The notes under the pieces were generated by a model. That model did not search any database. It was not told the origin of the DNA and worked only from the letters and a program-made list of their open reading frames with translations. Source: an uncultured delta proteobacterium (GTDB taxonomy: Bacteria > Myxococcota_A > Polyangia > Fen-1088). Taken from it: 64,000 bases of DNA. The stretch is taken from assembly GCA_963767925.1 (NCBI GenBank), contig CAVYGB010000002.1, positions 1,472,001 to 1,536,000 of the forward strand, in the 5' to 3' direction. A program made the position numbers and the translations under genes. Positions 38,749 to 49,318 of this stretch are shown here, in pieces; position 1 is the stretch's first letter, and each line of letters opens with the position of its first letter.

Positions 38749-39894
38749 GTGGCGATGACGGACCTGGAGATCGCGCGGCTCCGCCTGCGGCGGCAACACC
38801 TCAGCGGCCCGCCGCTGGCCACGCCGGAGGCGGTTGTCGGCTGGATGGGGGCGGTGCAGGCCCAGGAGTTCACGGTGGCCAAGTGGTCGCTCGCCCAGCG
38901 CAGCCGCGGGACGGTCACCAGCGCCGCGCTCGACGCGGCCCTGGCGGCGGGCCGGATCCTGCGCACCCACGTGTTGCGGCCGACCTGGCACTTCGTGCTG
39001 GCCGCCGACCTGCGCTGGATGGTCCGGCTGACGGCCCCCCGGATCCACGCCCGCATGGGCTCGTATTACCGGCAGATCGGCCTCACCGACGCCCTGGTGG
39101 CGCGGTCCCAGGTGGTGCTGCGCAAGGTGCTGGCGGGCGGCCAGCAGCTCACCCGCAAGGAGATCGCCGCCGCCTTCACCCGCGCGCGCGTCGACTGCAC
39201 GGGGCTGCGGCTCGGCTTTCTCATGTTCCGGGCCGAGCTCGACCTGCTCGTGTGCAGCGGGGCTCTGCGCGGCAAGCAGCAGACCTACGCCCTCGTCGAG
39301 GACCGGATTCCGCCCGGGCTGACCCTGGCGGGGGACGAAGCCCTGCTCGAGCTGACCCGGCGCTACTTTACCAGCCACGGTCCGGCCACCCTTAAGGACT
39401 TCCTGTGGTGGTCCAGCGTGCCGGCCGCCGACGCCCGGCGGGCCCTGCAGCTCCTCGAAGGCCAGGCGCTGCAGCGCCTCGAGGCGGGCGGCCGCACCTA
39501 CTGGCTGCCCAGCGGCGCCCGGCGCCCGCCCGCGCCCTCGGCGGCGGTGCACCTGCTGCAGGCCTACGACGAGCTCATCGTCGCCTACACCGAGAGCAAG
39601 CCGGTGATCGCGGCCGCCGGGCCCCCCGGGATGCCGCCCGGCACGCCGCTGTACATGAACGCCCTCTTCCGCGACGGTCAGGTCGTCGGCCACTGGCGCG
39701 CGGTCCCCGACCGCCAGCAGGCGGTGATCGAGGCCCACGCCCCCCGTCCCCTCGACCCCGCCGCCGCCGCCTCTCTGGAGAAGGAGCTGACCCGCTACGG
39801 CCGCTTCCTGCAGCTCCCCGCGCGCCTCGACTGGCGGGCACGCGGGCCCCGCGCCCGCCGCGCGCGGCGTCCGGCTCAGAAGCGCCAGGCGTAG
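38749..39894 (+). CDS. AlkZ/YcaQ (HTH_42) family DNA glycosylase-like protein
   Basis: VQAQ (QxQ) motif, LRPTWHFV, RYFTSHGPAT.KDF.WWS, LLQAYDEL, VVGHW. Confidence 0.88.
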   Translation: MAMTDLEIARLRLRRQHLSGPPLATPEAVVGWMGAVQAQEFTVAKWSLAQRSRGTVTSAALDAALAAGRILRTHVLRPTWHFVLAADLRWMVRLTAPRIHARMGSYYRQIGLTDALVARSQVVLRKVLAGGQQLTRKEIAAAFTRARVDCTGLRLGFLMFRAELDLLVCSGALRGKQQTYALVEDRIPPGLTLAGDEALLELTRRYFTSHGPATLKDFLWWSSVPAADARRALQLLEGQALQRLEAGGRTYWLPSGARRPPAPSAAVHLLQAYDELIVAYTESKPVIAAAGPPGMPPGTPLYMNALFRDGQVVGHWRAVPDRQQAVIEAHAPRPLDPAAAASLEKELTRYGRFLQLPARLDWRARGPRARRARRPAQKRQA

Positions 39895-40085
39895 CCCAGG
39901 TAAGCCTGGGCGAAGGCGAACGAGATCGGCGGCGGGAACAGCTCGACACCGGCCGTCTCACCCCGCACGACGTCGCGGGCCTGATCGATCCCGAACAGCG
40001 GCACGTCCAGCCCGGCCACGAGCCCCCAGGGCGACTCGTAGCGCAGGCCGACCTCGAGGAACCCGAAGGTCTGCGTCTCGCGCGC
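39876..40085 (-). pseudogene. Orphan C-terminal fragment of an outer-membrane beta-barrel protein
   Basis: FLEVGLRYESPWGL...QAYLGYAWRF*, no credible start, abuts a REP fragment at ~40099-40135. Confidence 0.5.
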
Positions 40086-40178
40086 GTCGCACAGGCAATC
40101 GGCGCGGCTGCGCGCCGGGTGAGGGGCCTCCGGCGTTCGGATCCGACCGCGTTGGCGATCGTGGCAAGATGACGCCGC

Positions 40179-40718
40179 GTGGAGCCTTCCCAGGAACAGC
40201 CGGCGATCATCCGGGCGGCGCAGGTGGCCGATGCCGCGGCGCTGGCGCTGATCGGTCAAGCGACCTTCCTCGATGCCTTCGCGGGCGAGCTCGATGGAGC
40301 GGACATCCTCGGGCACTGCCAGAACCAGCACGCGGCGGAGGGGTACCGGACGGCCCTGGCCCGGCCGCGCACGCGGGCCTGGCTGGCGGAGGCGCCCATC
40401 GGGCGCGCGCCGGTGGGCTACCTGTTGATGGGCGAGAGCGACCTCCCCGTCCGCGATCCCGCGCCCGGCGATCTCGAGATCAAGCGCATCTACCTGCTCC
40501 AGCGCTTCCGCCGCGGCGGCATCGGCCGCGCCCTGATGGACACCGCGCTCGCCAGCGCGCGCGAGCTGGGCGCCAGCCGGGTCCTGCTCGGCGTCTACGG
40601 CCGCAACACCAGCGCCATCGCCTTTTACACCCGGGTCGGCTTTCACCCGGTCGGCGAGCGCCGCTTCCTCGTCGGCAGCACCTACCACGACGACGTCGTG
40701 CTCGCCCGCCCCCTCTGA
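40179..40718 (+). CDS. GNAT N-acetyltransferase
   Basis: EIKRIYLLQRFRRGGIGRALM, AIAFY.RVGF. Confidence 0.92.
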   Translation: MEPSQEQPAIIRAAQVADAAALALIGQATFLDAFAGELDGADILGHCQNQHAAEGYRTALARPRTRAWLAEAPIGRAPVGYLLMGESDLPVRDPAPGDLEIKRIYLLQRFRRGGIGRALMDTALASARELGASRVLLGVYGRNTSAIAFYTRVGFHPVGERRFLVGSTYHDDVVLARPL

Positions 40719-40983
40719 TCGGAGGGCGCGCCCCTCAGGGTGCGAAGGCCAGACCGAGGCCGACCTGGGAGATCTGGATGTCGCTGAAGGTGGATTGCAC
40801 CGTCGGGGCCGCCCCCTCCATCGACGTGCATCACACCCGCTCGGTCTGGCGCGAAAACCGCCTACCGTCCGAAAACGTTTCTGTCTAGACTCACCCTCTT
40901 GACCAGGGCTGCGACGATGGGCTGACTGCAAACCCATACGAGTCCAGAACGCATGCACAGGAACCTACACAGGACCCACAGGG

Positions 40984-43272
40984 ATGTCAGCGCGCGCTCG
41001 CCAACGCGATCGAGAGATCATCGATCGTTATACCGACCAGCCGACCCGGCTGCCGGCCGAGCTGCGCGCTGAGGTCGAACGCGCCTTCGCCGGCCGCCCG
41101 GTCCTGCTGTACGCCCTGACCGACCTCGACCCCGCCCTCACCCTCACCGAGACCTGGCTCCTCCTCGGCCCCGAGCAGGTGGCCATCGCCCGCCCGGCCG
41201 CCCGCGGCTGGGCCGTCGAGCGCATCGACCGCGCCCGCATCCGCAGCGTGCGCGAGACTCCCGGCCTGAGCTGCCACCAGCTCCACCTCCAGGGTGAGCC
41301 CGGCGAGCCGCCCCTGGCCGTCCTGCGCTACACCCACCGCCAGCAGCGCGCGGTCGAGGTCATCCGGGCCGTGCTCGAGAGCAAGCTGCCGGCCCAGGAG
41401 GCCGCAGGCGCCGTCGCAGCCGCCGACGCCGACGACCGCTACGCCGACGCGGTGGCCGGCCCCATCCGCGAGGCCCAGGCCCTCGTCGCGGGCAGCGACT
41501 CCGCCATCATCATGCGCCTGCTGAGCTACCTGCGCCCCTACCGCAAGCAGGTGGCCATCGGCCTGGGGGCGGCCGCCCTGGTCACCGCCCTCAGCCTGGT
41601 GCCCGCCTACCTCGCCGGCTACCTCATCGACAAGGTGGCCCGTCCGGTCCAGGAGGGCCGGCTCGCGCGCGAGGCCGCCAGCCAGATCGCCCTCCTCTGC
41701 GTGGGGGCCATCGCCGCCGCCTACCTGCTGCGCTCGCTCTTCACCTGGGTGCGCCTGCGCTTCATGGCCGTCCTCGGCGAGCTCGTCGCCCGCGACCTGC
41801 GCACGGCGATCTACGAGCACCTGCAGACCCTCAGCCTCAGCTTCTTCTCCCGCAAGAAGACCGGCAGCCTCATCACGCGCGTCACCTCCGACACCGACCG
41901 GCTGTGGGACTTCCTGGCCTTCGGCATCGTCGACGTGTCGCTGTCGGCGGTCATGCTGGTGGGCCTCGGCGCCGTGCTGATCAACCTCGACTGGCGGCTG
42001 GGCCTGGTGATGACCCTGCCGGTGCCGCTGATGTGCCTCTTCATCTTCCTCAACGGCAAGCACCTCGAGCGCTACTTTCTGCGCGGCTGGCGGCGCTGGT
42101 CGGCCCTGACCGACGTCGTGAGCGACACGATCCCCGGCATCCGGGTGGTCAAGGCCTTCAACCAGGAGGGGAGCGAGCGCCGCCGCTTCGGCGCGCGCAA
42201 CGCCTCCGCCACCGAGCAGTTCAACCAGATCCACCAGGTCTGGACCCGCTTCTGGCCGGCCCTCATGTTCGGCATCCACGCCCTCACCGCGGCGGTCTGG
42301 TACCTGGCCCTGCCCCGCCTGCTGGGCACGGCGGCGCCCGAGCTGACCCTGGGGCGGTTCGTGTCGTTCCTGCTCTACGCGACGATGTTCGGCGGCCCCA
42401 TCGAGGTCATCGGCCAGATGACCCGGGTGATGAACCGCGCGACGAGCTCCGCCCACCGCATCTTCGAGGTGCTCGACACCGAGCCGGAGGTGGTCGATCA
42501 GGTCTCGCCCGTGCGCATCGAGCCGGTCGCCGGTCGGGTCACCTTCGACGCCGTCTCCTTCGGCTACGAGCCGAGCCGCCTGGTGCTGCGCCAGGTGAGC
42601 TTCGACGTGTTGCCCGGGGAGATGATCGGCCTGGTGGGTCCCTCGGGCGGCGGCAAGACCACCATCGCCAACCTGATCGCCCGCTTTTACGACCCGCTGG
42701 GCGGCAGCGTGCGCATCGACGGCATCGACCTGCGCACGGTCGACACCGGCAGCTACCGCCGGCAGGTGGGCATGGTCCTGCAGGACCCCTACCTGTTTCA
42801 CGGCACCATCTCCGACAACATCCGCTACGGCCTGCCCGACGCGCCCATCGATCAGGTCGTCGCCGCCGCCCGCACCGCCAACGCCCACGACTTCGTCTGC
42901 CGCCTGCCCCACGGCTACGACACAATCGTTGGCGAGCGGGGGCACACCCTCTCGGGGGGCGAGCGCCAGCGCGTCTCCATCGCCCGGGCCCTGCTGCACG
43001 ACCCGCGCATCCTCATCCTCGACGAGGCCACCAGCTCGGTCGACACCGAGACCGAGCGCAAGATCGAGGAGGCCATGCACCGCCTGATCGGCGGCCGCAC
43101 CGTCTTCGCCATCGCCCACCGCCTGTCCACCTTGCGCCGGGCCAGCCGCCTGTTCGTCATCGAGGACGGGGGGCTGGCCGAGTCGGGCACCCACGGCCAG
43201 CTCATGGCCAACCCGGCCAGCACCTACCGGCGCCTGGTCGAGCTGCAACGAGAAGTGCAACACGCCATCTGA
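40984..43272 (+). CDS. ABC exporter (TMD+NBD) with N-terminal soluble extension
   Basis: [26 protein letters not shown]; six-TM domain. Confidence 0.95.
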   Translation: MSARARQRDREIIDRYTDQPTRLPAELRAEVERAFAGRPVLLYALTDLDPALTLTETWLLLGPEQVAIARPAARGWAVERIDRARIRSVRETPGLSCHQLHLQGEPGEPPLAVLRYTHRQQRAVEVIRAVLESKLPAQEAAGAVAAADADDRYADAVAGPIREAQALVAGSDSAIIMRLLSYLRPYRKQVAIGLGAAALVTALSLVPAYLAGYLIDKVARPVQEGRLAREAASQIALLCVGAIAAAYLLRSLFTWVRLRFMAVLGELVARDLRTAIYEHLQTLSLSFFSRKKTGSLITRVTSDTDRLWDFLAFGIVDVSLSAVMLVGLGAVLINLDWRLGLVMTLPVPLMCLFIFLNGKHLERYFLRGWRRWSALTDVVSDTIPGIRVVKAFNQEGSERRRFGARNASATEQFNQIHQVWTRFWPALMFGIHALTAAVWYLALPRLLGTAAPELTLGRFVSFLLYATMFGGPIEVIGQMTRVMNRATSSAHRIFEVLDTEPEVVDQVSPVRIEPVAGRVTFDAVSFGYEPSRLVLRQVSFDVLPGEMIGLVGPSGGGKTTIANLIARFYDPLGGSVRIDGIDLRTVDTGSYRRQVGMVLQDPYLFHGTISDNIRYGLPDAPIDQVVAAARTANAHDFVCRLPHGYDTIVGERGHTLSGGERQRVSIARALLHDPRILILDEATSSVDTETERKIEEAMHRLIGGRTVFAIAHRLSTLRRASRLFVIEDGGLAESGTHGQLMANPASTYRRLVELQREVQHAI

Positions 43273-43333
43273 GAGCCACTCACCCGGCTGCGACGAGAAC
43301 TGCAACACGGCAACTGAAGCCCAGTCACCCGAG

Positions 43334-43885
43334 ATGCCACCCGTGGAAAAGACCGCCGGAAATTCTGCTGCTGCCGCTCCGGGCGCCGCCACCGCCCCGG
43401 GCGGTGCCACCGCCCCTGCGCCGCCGCGCCTCCTGCGGCGCAACGACGGACGCCTGTGCGTCGCCCCGGCCGACGGCGCCGCCGAGGCGAAGCCGGTGCG
43501 TCCGGTCCGCTGCTTCCCCTGGTCGCGGCCGGGGGCCTTCGTGTCGCTGCGCGACGACAAGGACGAGGAGGTGGCCTTCGTCGACGACCCGGCCGCCCTC
43601 GATCCCACCTCGCGGGCCGTGCTCCAGGAGGAGCTGGCCCAGGTCGGGTTCGTGCTCCACGTCCAGCGCATCCTCTCGGTGCGCGAGGAGCTGGAGATCC
43701 GCATCTGGAAGGTGGAGACCCGGGAGGGGCCCCGCACCTTCCAGACCGCGCGGGACGAGTGGCCGCGCCTCCTCGCCGACGGCGCCCTGCTCCTGCCCGA
43801 CGTGGCCGGCGACCTCTACCTCATCCCGCGCGCCGCCGCCCTCGACCCCGCCAGCCGCCGCGTCCTGTGGGCCTTCACCGACTGA
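43334..43885 (+). CDS. DUF1854-like protein
   Basis: [14 protein letters not shown]....[19 protein letters not shown]....LD..SRR.L. Confidence 0.8.
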   Translation: MPPVEKTAGNSAAAAPGAATAPGGATAPAPPRLLRRNDGRLCVAPADGAAEAKPVRPVRCFPWSRPGAFVSLRDDKDEEVAFVDDPAALDPTSRAVLQEELAQVGFVLHVQRILSVREELEIRIWKVETREGPRTFQTARDEWPRLLADGALLLPDVAGDLYLIPRAAALDPASRRVLWAFTD

Positions 43886-43886
43886 C

Positions 43887-44831
43887 ATGACCCCGCCTGA
43901 CGCCAGCCACGACGCCGGCCGGGCGGCCGAGGCCCGCTCCCGGGCCGGGCTGCTCTACGCCGGGGGGGCCTTCTTCCTCTGGGGGATCGTCCCCCTGTAT
44001 TTTTCCGCCCTGCACGCCGTCTCGGCGCTGGAGATCATCGCTCACCGGGTGCTGTGGTCGACCGTCTTCCTGACCGGGCTGCTGGCGGTGACCCGGGGCT
44101 TCGGCGAGCTGCGGGCCGTCTTCGCCGAGCCGCGCCGGGCGGCCATGCTGGCCCTGACCTCCGCCCTCATCGCGATAAACTGGCTGACCTTCGTCTGGTC
44201 GGTCAACGCCGGCCGGCTGCTCGACACCAGCCTGGGCTACTTCATGACCCCCCAGGTGAACGTGCTGCTGGGGTTCCTGTTCCTGGGCGAACGCCTGCGC
44301 CGCACCCAGTGGATCGCCCTGCTGCTGGCGGCGGCCGGGGTGATCAACCAGATCTGGCTGCTCGGGCAGCTCCCCTGGATCGCGCTCGTGCTGGCGCTCA
44401 GCTTCGGGTCGTACGGCCTGTTCCGCAAGCAGGTCCCGGTCGACCCGATCACCGGCCTGCTGGTCGAGACCTTGCTGGCCGCCCCCCTGGCCCTGGCCTA
44501 CCTGGTCTACCTGTGGCGCGCGGGGGCTCTCCGCTTCGGCCACGTCAACCTGCACCTCGACGCCATGCTGGCCTTCCTCGGCGTGGTCACCGCGGTGCCG
44601 CTGATGCTCTTCGCCGCCGGCGCCCAGCGCCTGCGCCTCGTGACGCTCGGCTTTCTCCAGTACCTGCCCCCCACGATGACCTTCCTGCTGGCCCACTACT
44701 TCTACGGCGAGACGCTGGGCCGGGCCCGCATCGTCACCTTCGCCTTCATCTGGGCCGGCATCCTCCTCTACGCCGCCGACAACTGGCGCCCCCGCGCCCC
44801 CGCTCCCCCCGCTGCCCCCGCCCCGGTCTGA
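43887..44831 (+). CDS. rarD: EamA-family transporter RarD
   Basis: [35 protein letters not shown]. Confidence 0.92.
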   Translation: MTPPDASHDAGRAAEARSRAGLLYAGGAFFLWGIVPLYFSALHAVSALEIIAHRVLWSTVFLTGLLAVTRGFGELRAVFAEPRRAAMLALTSALIAINWLTFVWSVNAGRLLDTSLGYFMTPQVNVLLGFLFLGERLRRTQWIALLLAAAGVINQIWLLGQLPWIALVLALSFGSYGLFRKQVPVDPITGLLVETLLAAPLALAYLVYLWRAGALRFGHVNLHLDAMLAFLGVVTAVPLMLFAAGAQRLRLVTLGFLQYLPPTMTFLLAHYFYGETLGRARIVTFAFIWAGILLYAADNWRPRAPAPPAAPAPV

Positions 44832-44894
44832 GCACGCCCGCGCCATCCTGGCCGCCTCACGCCGCGGGGGCTTCACCTTCGTTGCGCCACCCGA

Positions 44895-45383
44895 TCAAAG
44901 CGGGGCAGGGGGCAGGTCCTTGCCCAGGCAGATGCTGGTCTGGGGGGACTGGAGGTATTCGCCGTAGAGGGGGATGGGCTGGAACCCGAGCGCGCGGTAC
45001 AGCGCCAGCGCCGCGGCCTGCCGGGTCCCCGTCTCCAGCACCAGCCGCCGCACCCCCAGCCCGCGCGCCTCCCTCTCCAGCGCCGCCACCAGCCGCCGCC
45101 CGATGCCCCGCCCGCGCGCCTCCGGCGCCACGTACATCCGCTTCAGCTCCCCCGTCTCCTCGTCGATCAAGCGGAGGGCCCCACACCCGACCGCCGCCGC
45201 TCCCTCCCAGGCCACCAGGAAGGCCCCCCGCCCGGCGAGCACCTGATCCCGCCCCAGGTGGAAGTGGTTCGCCCCCGCCTCCGGGTAGATCGCGCTCAGC
45301 TCCGTGTTCAGGGCCCCGATGAGCGCCCGGCTGACCTCGTCGTCGAGCTGGGCCTTTGCGATGGTCGTCGAAGGTGGTGTCAC
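44895..45383 (-). CDS. GNAT N-acetyltransferase
   Basis: GELKRMYVAPEARGRGIG, LETGTRQ..ALALY. Confidence 0.92.
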   Translation of the reverse strand: MTPPSTTIAKAQLDDEVSRALIGALNTELSAIYPEAGANHFHLGRDQVLAGRGAFLVAWEGAAAVGCGALRLIDEETGELKRMYVAPEARGRGIGRRLVAALEREARGLGVRRLVLETGTRQAAALALYRALGFQPIPLYGEYLQSPQTSICLGKDLPPAPL

Positions 45384-45483
45384 GATCGCCCTCTCTGAGA
45401 TCGACCGACCGGATGATACCCGCCCGGCGGGCGCCAGCGAAGCCCGGGTGAAGCGCGAGCGCCCTACCCGGAAGGGCGACAGC

Positions 45484-47286
45484 CTACTGCGTGCGGGTGC
45501 GGAAGCTCTCGGCGCGGGCGAGGCGGACGTAGAAGTCGACGACGTTGATGGTCCCGGCGCGCAGCTCGTCGCTGGCGGTGCGGGCCAGGCAGGCCGCCTC
45601 GCTGTGGTCGATGCCGAAGGCGTGGCCCGTGATGTAGTCGGCCAGGCAGTCGGCGGTCTCGGGCAGGGGGGCCAGGGCGCGGGCCAGCTCGTCGGGGCCG
45701 CGGAAGCTGACGTCGCCCCCGCTGGTGCCGATCAGCAGGCCGCTGTCGTCGATGTCGAAGCGGCCTTCCTTGGCCCGGTAGCGGCCGGCGGCGTCCAGGT
45801 GCTCGAAGGCGAAGCCGATGGGGTCCATCAACATGTGGCAGCCCTTGCAGGCGGCGTCGGCCACGTGGATGACCTCGTAGCGCTGCCGGGTGGTCTCGGC
45901 CGCGGTCGGCTCGGGCAGCTCGGCCACCACCGGCGGGGGCGGCGGGACCTTGTTGCACAGGAGGCGCTCGCGCACGAGGTGACCGCGCTTGGTCGGCGAG
46001 GTGCTGAGGCTGCCGCCGCCGATCGACAGCAGGGAGCCCTGGGCCAGCAGGCCGACGCCCCATCCGGCCGGGCGGGTGGCGCGGGCGAAGACCCCCGCGC
46101 TGCCCTGGCCGTAGCCGTAATACCGGGACAAGGTGGCGTCGACAAGCGTGAAGGGCGCCAGCAGCAGGTCGCTCAGCTTGCCCCGCTCCTCGAACACGAC
46201 GGTGGCGAAGAAGCGGCGGGTCTCGTCGGCCAGCGCCTTCTGCACCTCGGGCGAGAAGTCCGGGAACGCGGCGGTGTCCTTCTTGATGTTCTCGAGCGGC
46301 GTCAGGCTCAGCCACTGGTCGGCGAAGCCCGCCACCAGGTTGCGGAAGGCCGTCCGGGGCCGCCCGTCGGCGCCGACCACCAGCGGGCGGGCGGCGGCCT
46401 CGACCTGATCGGCGGTGGCCAGCCGGTTGGCCGCCGCGAGCTGCAGCAGCTCGGGGGTGGGCGGGCCACCGGTGTAGGCGAAGCTGATCTGGCTGGCGAC
46501 CTCGTAGGGAGTCAGGCGGAAGCGCCCGCCCGCGATCGCCTCGCCGAGCTCGCTCCGGTAGACGGTGTTGGGGGACTTGATGAGGGCGACCGTCGCCCAG
46601 TAGACCCAGCTCTTGAAGTCGCCCGACTGGCGGACCTTCGCGTATAGGGTCATGTAGCGCCCGCGCTCGGTGGGGGTCAGCGGCCGGCGGTACAGGCGGG
46701 GGGCCACCCCGTCGAGGAAGGTGGCCGCGCAGGCGTCCGACCCCTGCGGGGCGCAGGGGAGGATGCGGGCCAGGTTGATCGGGCTGGTCACCGCCGCGGC
46801 CACGTCGTTGGCCGCCTCGGCCAGCCGACGGGCGTATTCGTCGCCCACCGTGAGGCGCTGGGCGTTGTTGTTGAACCCGTCGCCCGAGGCGGGATCGGGC
46901 AGGAAGGCGGGGCCCTTCCACTGGGTGGCGTCGAGCCCGAAGGCGGCCCGCACGGTCGTGTCGAACTCGGCGGTGGTCAGCCGGCGCAACACCCGCGTGG
47001 CCACCCGCTCGGTCTCGCAGCGGTTGGGCGAGCCCGGTGGCGGCGCGGGCGGGGCGGCCGGTCCGGGCGGAACGCCGGGGGCGCCGGGTGTGCCGGAGGC
47101 GGGCGGGACGCCCGGCGCGCCGGGGGCGCCGGGCGCGCCCGGGGCACCGGGAGAGGAGGGGGCGCCGGGAACGCCGGGGGCGCCGCCGCCCGGATCGTCC
47201 GGGCCGATGAAGGTGCCGCCCACGCAGCCGCCGGCGAAGGTCGCCAGCGCGAGAGTTCCGAGGAGAAAGCCGCTCGACCGGGTCAT
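45484..47286 (-). CDS. DUF1592/DUF1588/DUF1595-type cytochrome c-like lipoprotein
   Basis: LRRLT..E, RLTPYEVASQISF, SPTKRG, CKGCH, MDPIGFAFE. Confidence 0.9.
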   Translation of the reverse strand: MTRSSGFLLGTLALATFAGGCVGGTFIGPDDPGGGAPGVPGAPSSPGAPGAPGAPGAPGVPPASGTPGAPGVPPGPAAPPAPPPGSPNRCETERVATRVLRRLTTAEFDTTVRAAFGLDATQWKGPAFLPDPASGDGFNNNAQRLTVGDEYARRLAEAANDVAAAVTSPINLARILPCAPQGSDACAATFLDGVAPRLYRRPLTPTERGRYMTLYAKVRQSGDFKSWVYWATVALIKSPNTVYRSELGEAIAGGRFRLTPYEVASQISFAYTGGPPTPELLQLAAANRLATADQVEAAARPLVVGADGRPRTAFRNLVAGFADQWLSLTPLENIKKDTAAFPDFSPEVQKALADETRRFFATVVFEERGKLSDLLLAPFTLVDATLSRYYGYGQGSAGVFARATRPAGWGVGLLAQGSLLSIGGGSLSTSPTKRGHLVRERLLCNKVPPPPPVVAELPEPTAAETTRQRYEVIHVADAACKGCHMLMDPIGFAFEHLDAAGRYRAKEGRFDIDDSGLLIGTSGGDVSFRGPDELARALAPLPETADCLADYITGHAFGIDHSEAACLARTASDELRAGTINVVDFYVRLARAESFRTRTQ

Positions 47287-48683
47287 GCGCGCAGCTCCGA
47301 GAAGGTGCCGCTGCCGAACTGGGGCGCCGAGCCGGCCCCACATAGCTGCAGCACGGTTTGCATCAGGGTCTTGTTCGAGGCCGACCGCAGGTCGACGTAG
47401 CCCGGCTTGAGGGCGCCCCCGGCGCGGCCCGCCAGCAACACCGGGACGGAGTTGCTCTCGTGGCCCACCGGCATGCACTCACTCATCATGAGCACCAGGC
47501 TGTTGTGCAGGACGGTCTTGCCGGGATCGAGCGGGTCGGGCACGTCGAGCGCCCGCAGCAGGCGCAGGAACTTGCTGGCGTAGAACCGCTGGCACTGGGC
47601 GAAGATGTCCTGGTTGCCGTGGGAGGTGTTGTGGTGCGGGTAACCGGGCCCCACCGGGTCGGTCACGTTGCCGTCGGCGCTGCCCGCCTGGATGGTGGCC
47701 ACCCGGGTCAGCCCGCACACAACCGCCCGCGACAGGACGTCGATCTGGGCGTCGAAGATGTCCGAGAAGTGCTGGTGGCGGTAGGCCGCGGCGTCGTTGC
47801 CCTGCAGGGCCGCGCGCAGCTTCTCCACCGAGGCCAGGGCGTCGGCGCTGCAGCCGGGAGCCGGCCCCATGGGGGCGGGCGCCGAGGGCATCATCGGGTT
47901 CGGGAGCATCGGCCCGGGCGGCATCGGCGTGCCGCCGACGATCGGCGCCGGCCGGAGCGCCCGCAGGGCATCGCGGTGCTGCTCGAGCTTGCCGAGCTCG
48001 CGCGATCCGCGCAGCCGGTTGCTGAGGTCGGTCAGCTCCGCCTCGGCGATGTCGATGACCTCGTTGTCGAAGCTGGCGGGCGCCACCGGCGCGGGCGCGG
48101 GCGGCTGGCCGGGCGCCGCCGGCGGGGTGGGCGCCGGCGCCGGACGGCCGCCGGCCTGGCCGCGGAAGGTGCGGTCGAACGCCGACACCGGGTTGGCCTC
48201 GTAGTCGACCGGCCGGGGCGAGAAGAAGAAGGTCGACCGCCCATAGAGCTGGTAAAGCTGGATGGAGTCGGCCGGGATGACCCCCAGGTGCAGCGACCGC
48301 AGCCGGGTCGCGCCGGTGGCCGCCACGTGGTCCGCCATCACCTGGTCGACCGACTTCACCGTCGGGTCGGGCGACAGGTAGTCGGGCACCGGCGCGCCGG
48401 TGAAGATGCTCCGCACGGCCATGTGGTTGAACGACCCCGTGACGTCGATGCCGCGCACGAAGGTGAGCTGGCTCTGGTAGGGGGAGAGCGGCTCGGTGAT
48501 GAGGCTCATCGCCCCCAGGTTCCCCGGGCTGGGCCAGAAGAACCGCGGCTCCGCGCCGTTGAGCAGCGGAAACACGATCAGGCGGATGGGCGGCCCCGCC
48601 GCATGCGCAGGACGCCATCCATTCAACCCCAGGGTCGCCGCCGCGGTACCCGTCGCCGACAACAGCTTTCTACGGGTCAGCAC
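47283..48683 (-). CDS. DUF1552 protein with Tat signal
   Basis: TRRKLL, SVDQ, NPVSAFDR.F, HHNTSH; upstream of the DUF1592 partner. Confidence 0.9.
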   Translation of the reverse strand: MLTRRKLLSATGTAAATLGLNGWRPAHAAGPPIRLIVFPLLNGAEPRFFWPSPGNLGAMSLITEPLSPYQSQLTFVRGIDVTGSFNHMAVRSIFTGAPVPDYLSPDPTVKSVDQVMADHVAATGATRLRSLHLGVIPADSIQLYQLYGRSTFFFSPRPVDYEANPVSAFDRTFRGQAGGRPAPAPTPPAAPGQPPAPAPVAPASFDNEVIDIAEAELTDLSNRLRGSRELGKLEQHRDALRALRPAPIVGGTPMPPGPMLPNPMMPSAPAPMGPAPGCSADALASVEKLRAALQGNDAAAYRHQHFSDIFDAQIDVLSRAVVCGLTRVATIQAGSADGNVTDPVGPGYPHHNTSHGNQDIFAQCQRFYASKFLRLLRALDVPDPLDPGKTVLHNSLVLMMSECMPVGHESNSVPVLLAGRAGGALKPGYVDLRSASNKTLMQTVLQLCGAGSAPQFGSGTFSELRA

Positions 48684-49181
48684 TGCCGAAGCCTCCTAGA
48701 AAAACAGGGAAAACCAGGTCCAACATTTGTAGCCCCCGGCACGAGAGCCTGCCGTGGCGCTTCGGGGCAAGTTCATGGACGTTTCCGACCCTCCCATCCC
48801 CACCCCCCAACGCCCAGCGTCTCAGCCACGCTCCCCCAGGGTACACGTCTGCCCCACCCCAGGAGACGCCTCACCCCGCCCCCCGGCTCACCCCCCCGCA
48901 CCTTTTTCCGACGCCGGATCGGCACGGGACGGCGAGCGCGGAAAGGCGAGATGAAATCGTTTGCAGCGTCACCGCTGGCGCGGTCGCCCCGCACCGACGA
49001 TTCATGCCGCCCGACGGCGGCTTTCGCCCGGACGCGCCTTCGTCGACCATGCCGCCCCGCCGTCCCGGACCACGGCCCCGCCGCGAGGCAGGGCGAAGAC
49101 ATCTTCTCCCTGCCGAACGACATCGCCGACGCCGGGGTCCGACCTGGCCACCGCCCCCGTCAACAGCCAGCAGACGCGCCT

Positions 49182-49318
49182 GACCGTTGCATGCGCTCTC
49201 GCGCGCGAACGCTAGCGTCTGTCCTGGACCGGTGCATGCGCTCTCGCGCGCGAACGCTAGCGTCTGTCCTGGACCGGTGCGTGCGCTCTCGCGCGCGAAC
49301 GCTAGCGTCTGTCCTGGA
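49182..49318. repeat. 45-bp tandem repeat x3 spanning the M28 stop codon
   Basis: GACCGGTGCATGCGCTCTCGCGCGCGAACGCTAGCGTCTGTCCTG units. Confidence 0.9.

Noticed and set aside
40778..40888. Short ORF MSLKVDCTVG... as a RiPP precursor for the ABC exporter
   Set aside because: No modification enzymes nearby, no recognisable leader motif, no peptidase domain on the transporter.
49182..49318. CRISPR array
   Set aside because: Units are contiguous with no unique spacers and there are no cas genes; the same applies to 37023-37250 and 52360-52721.
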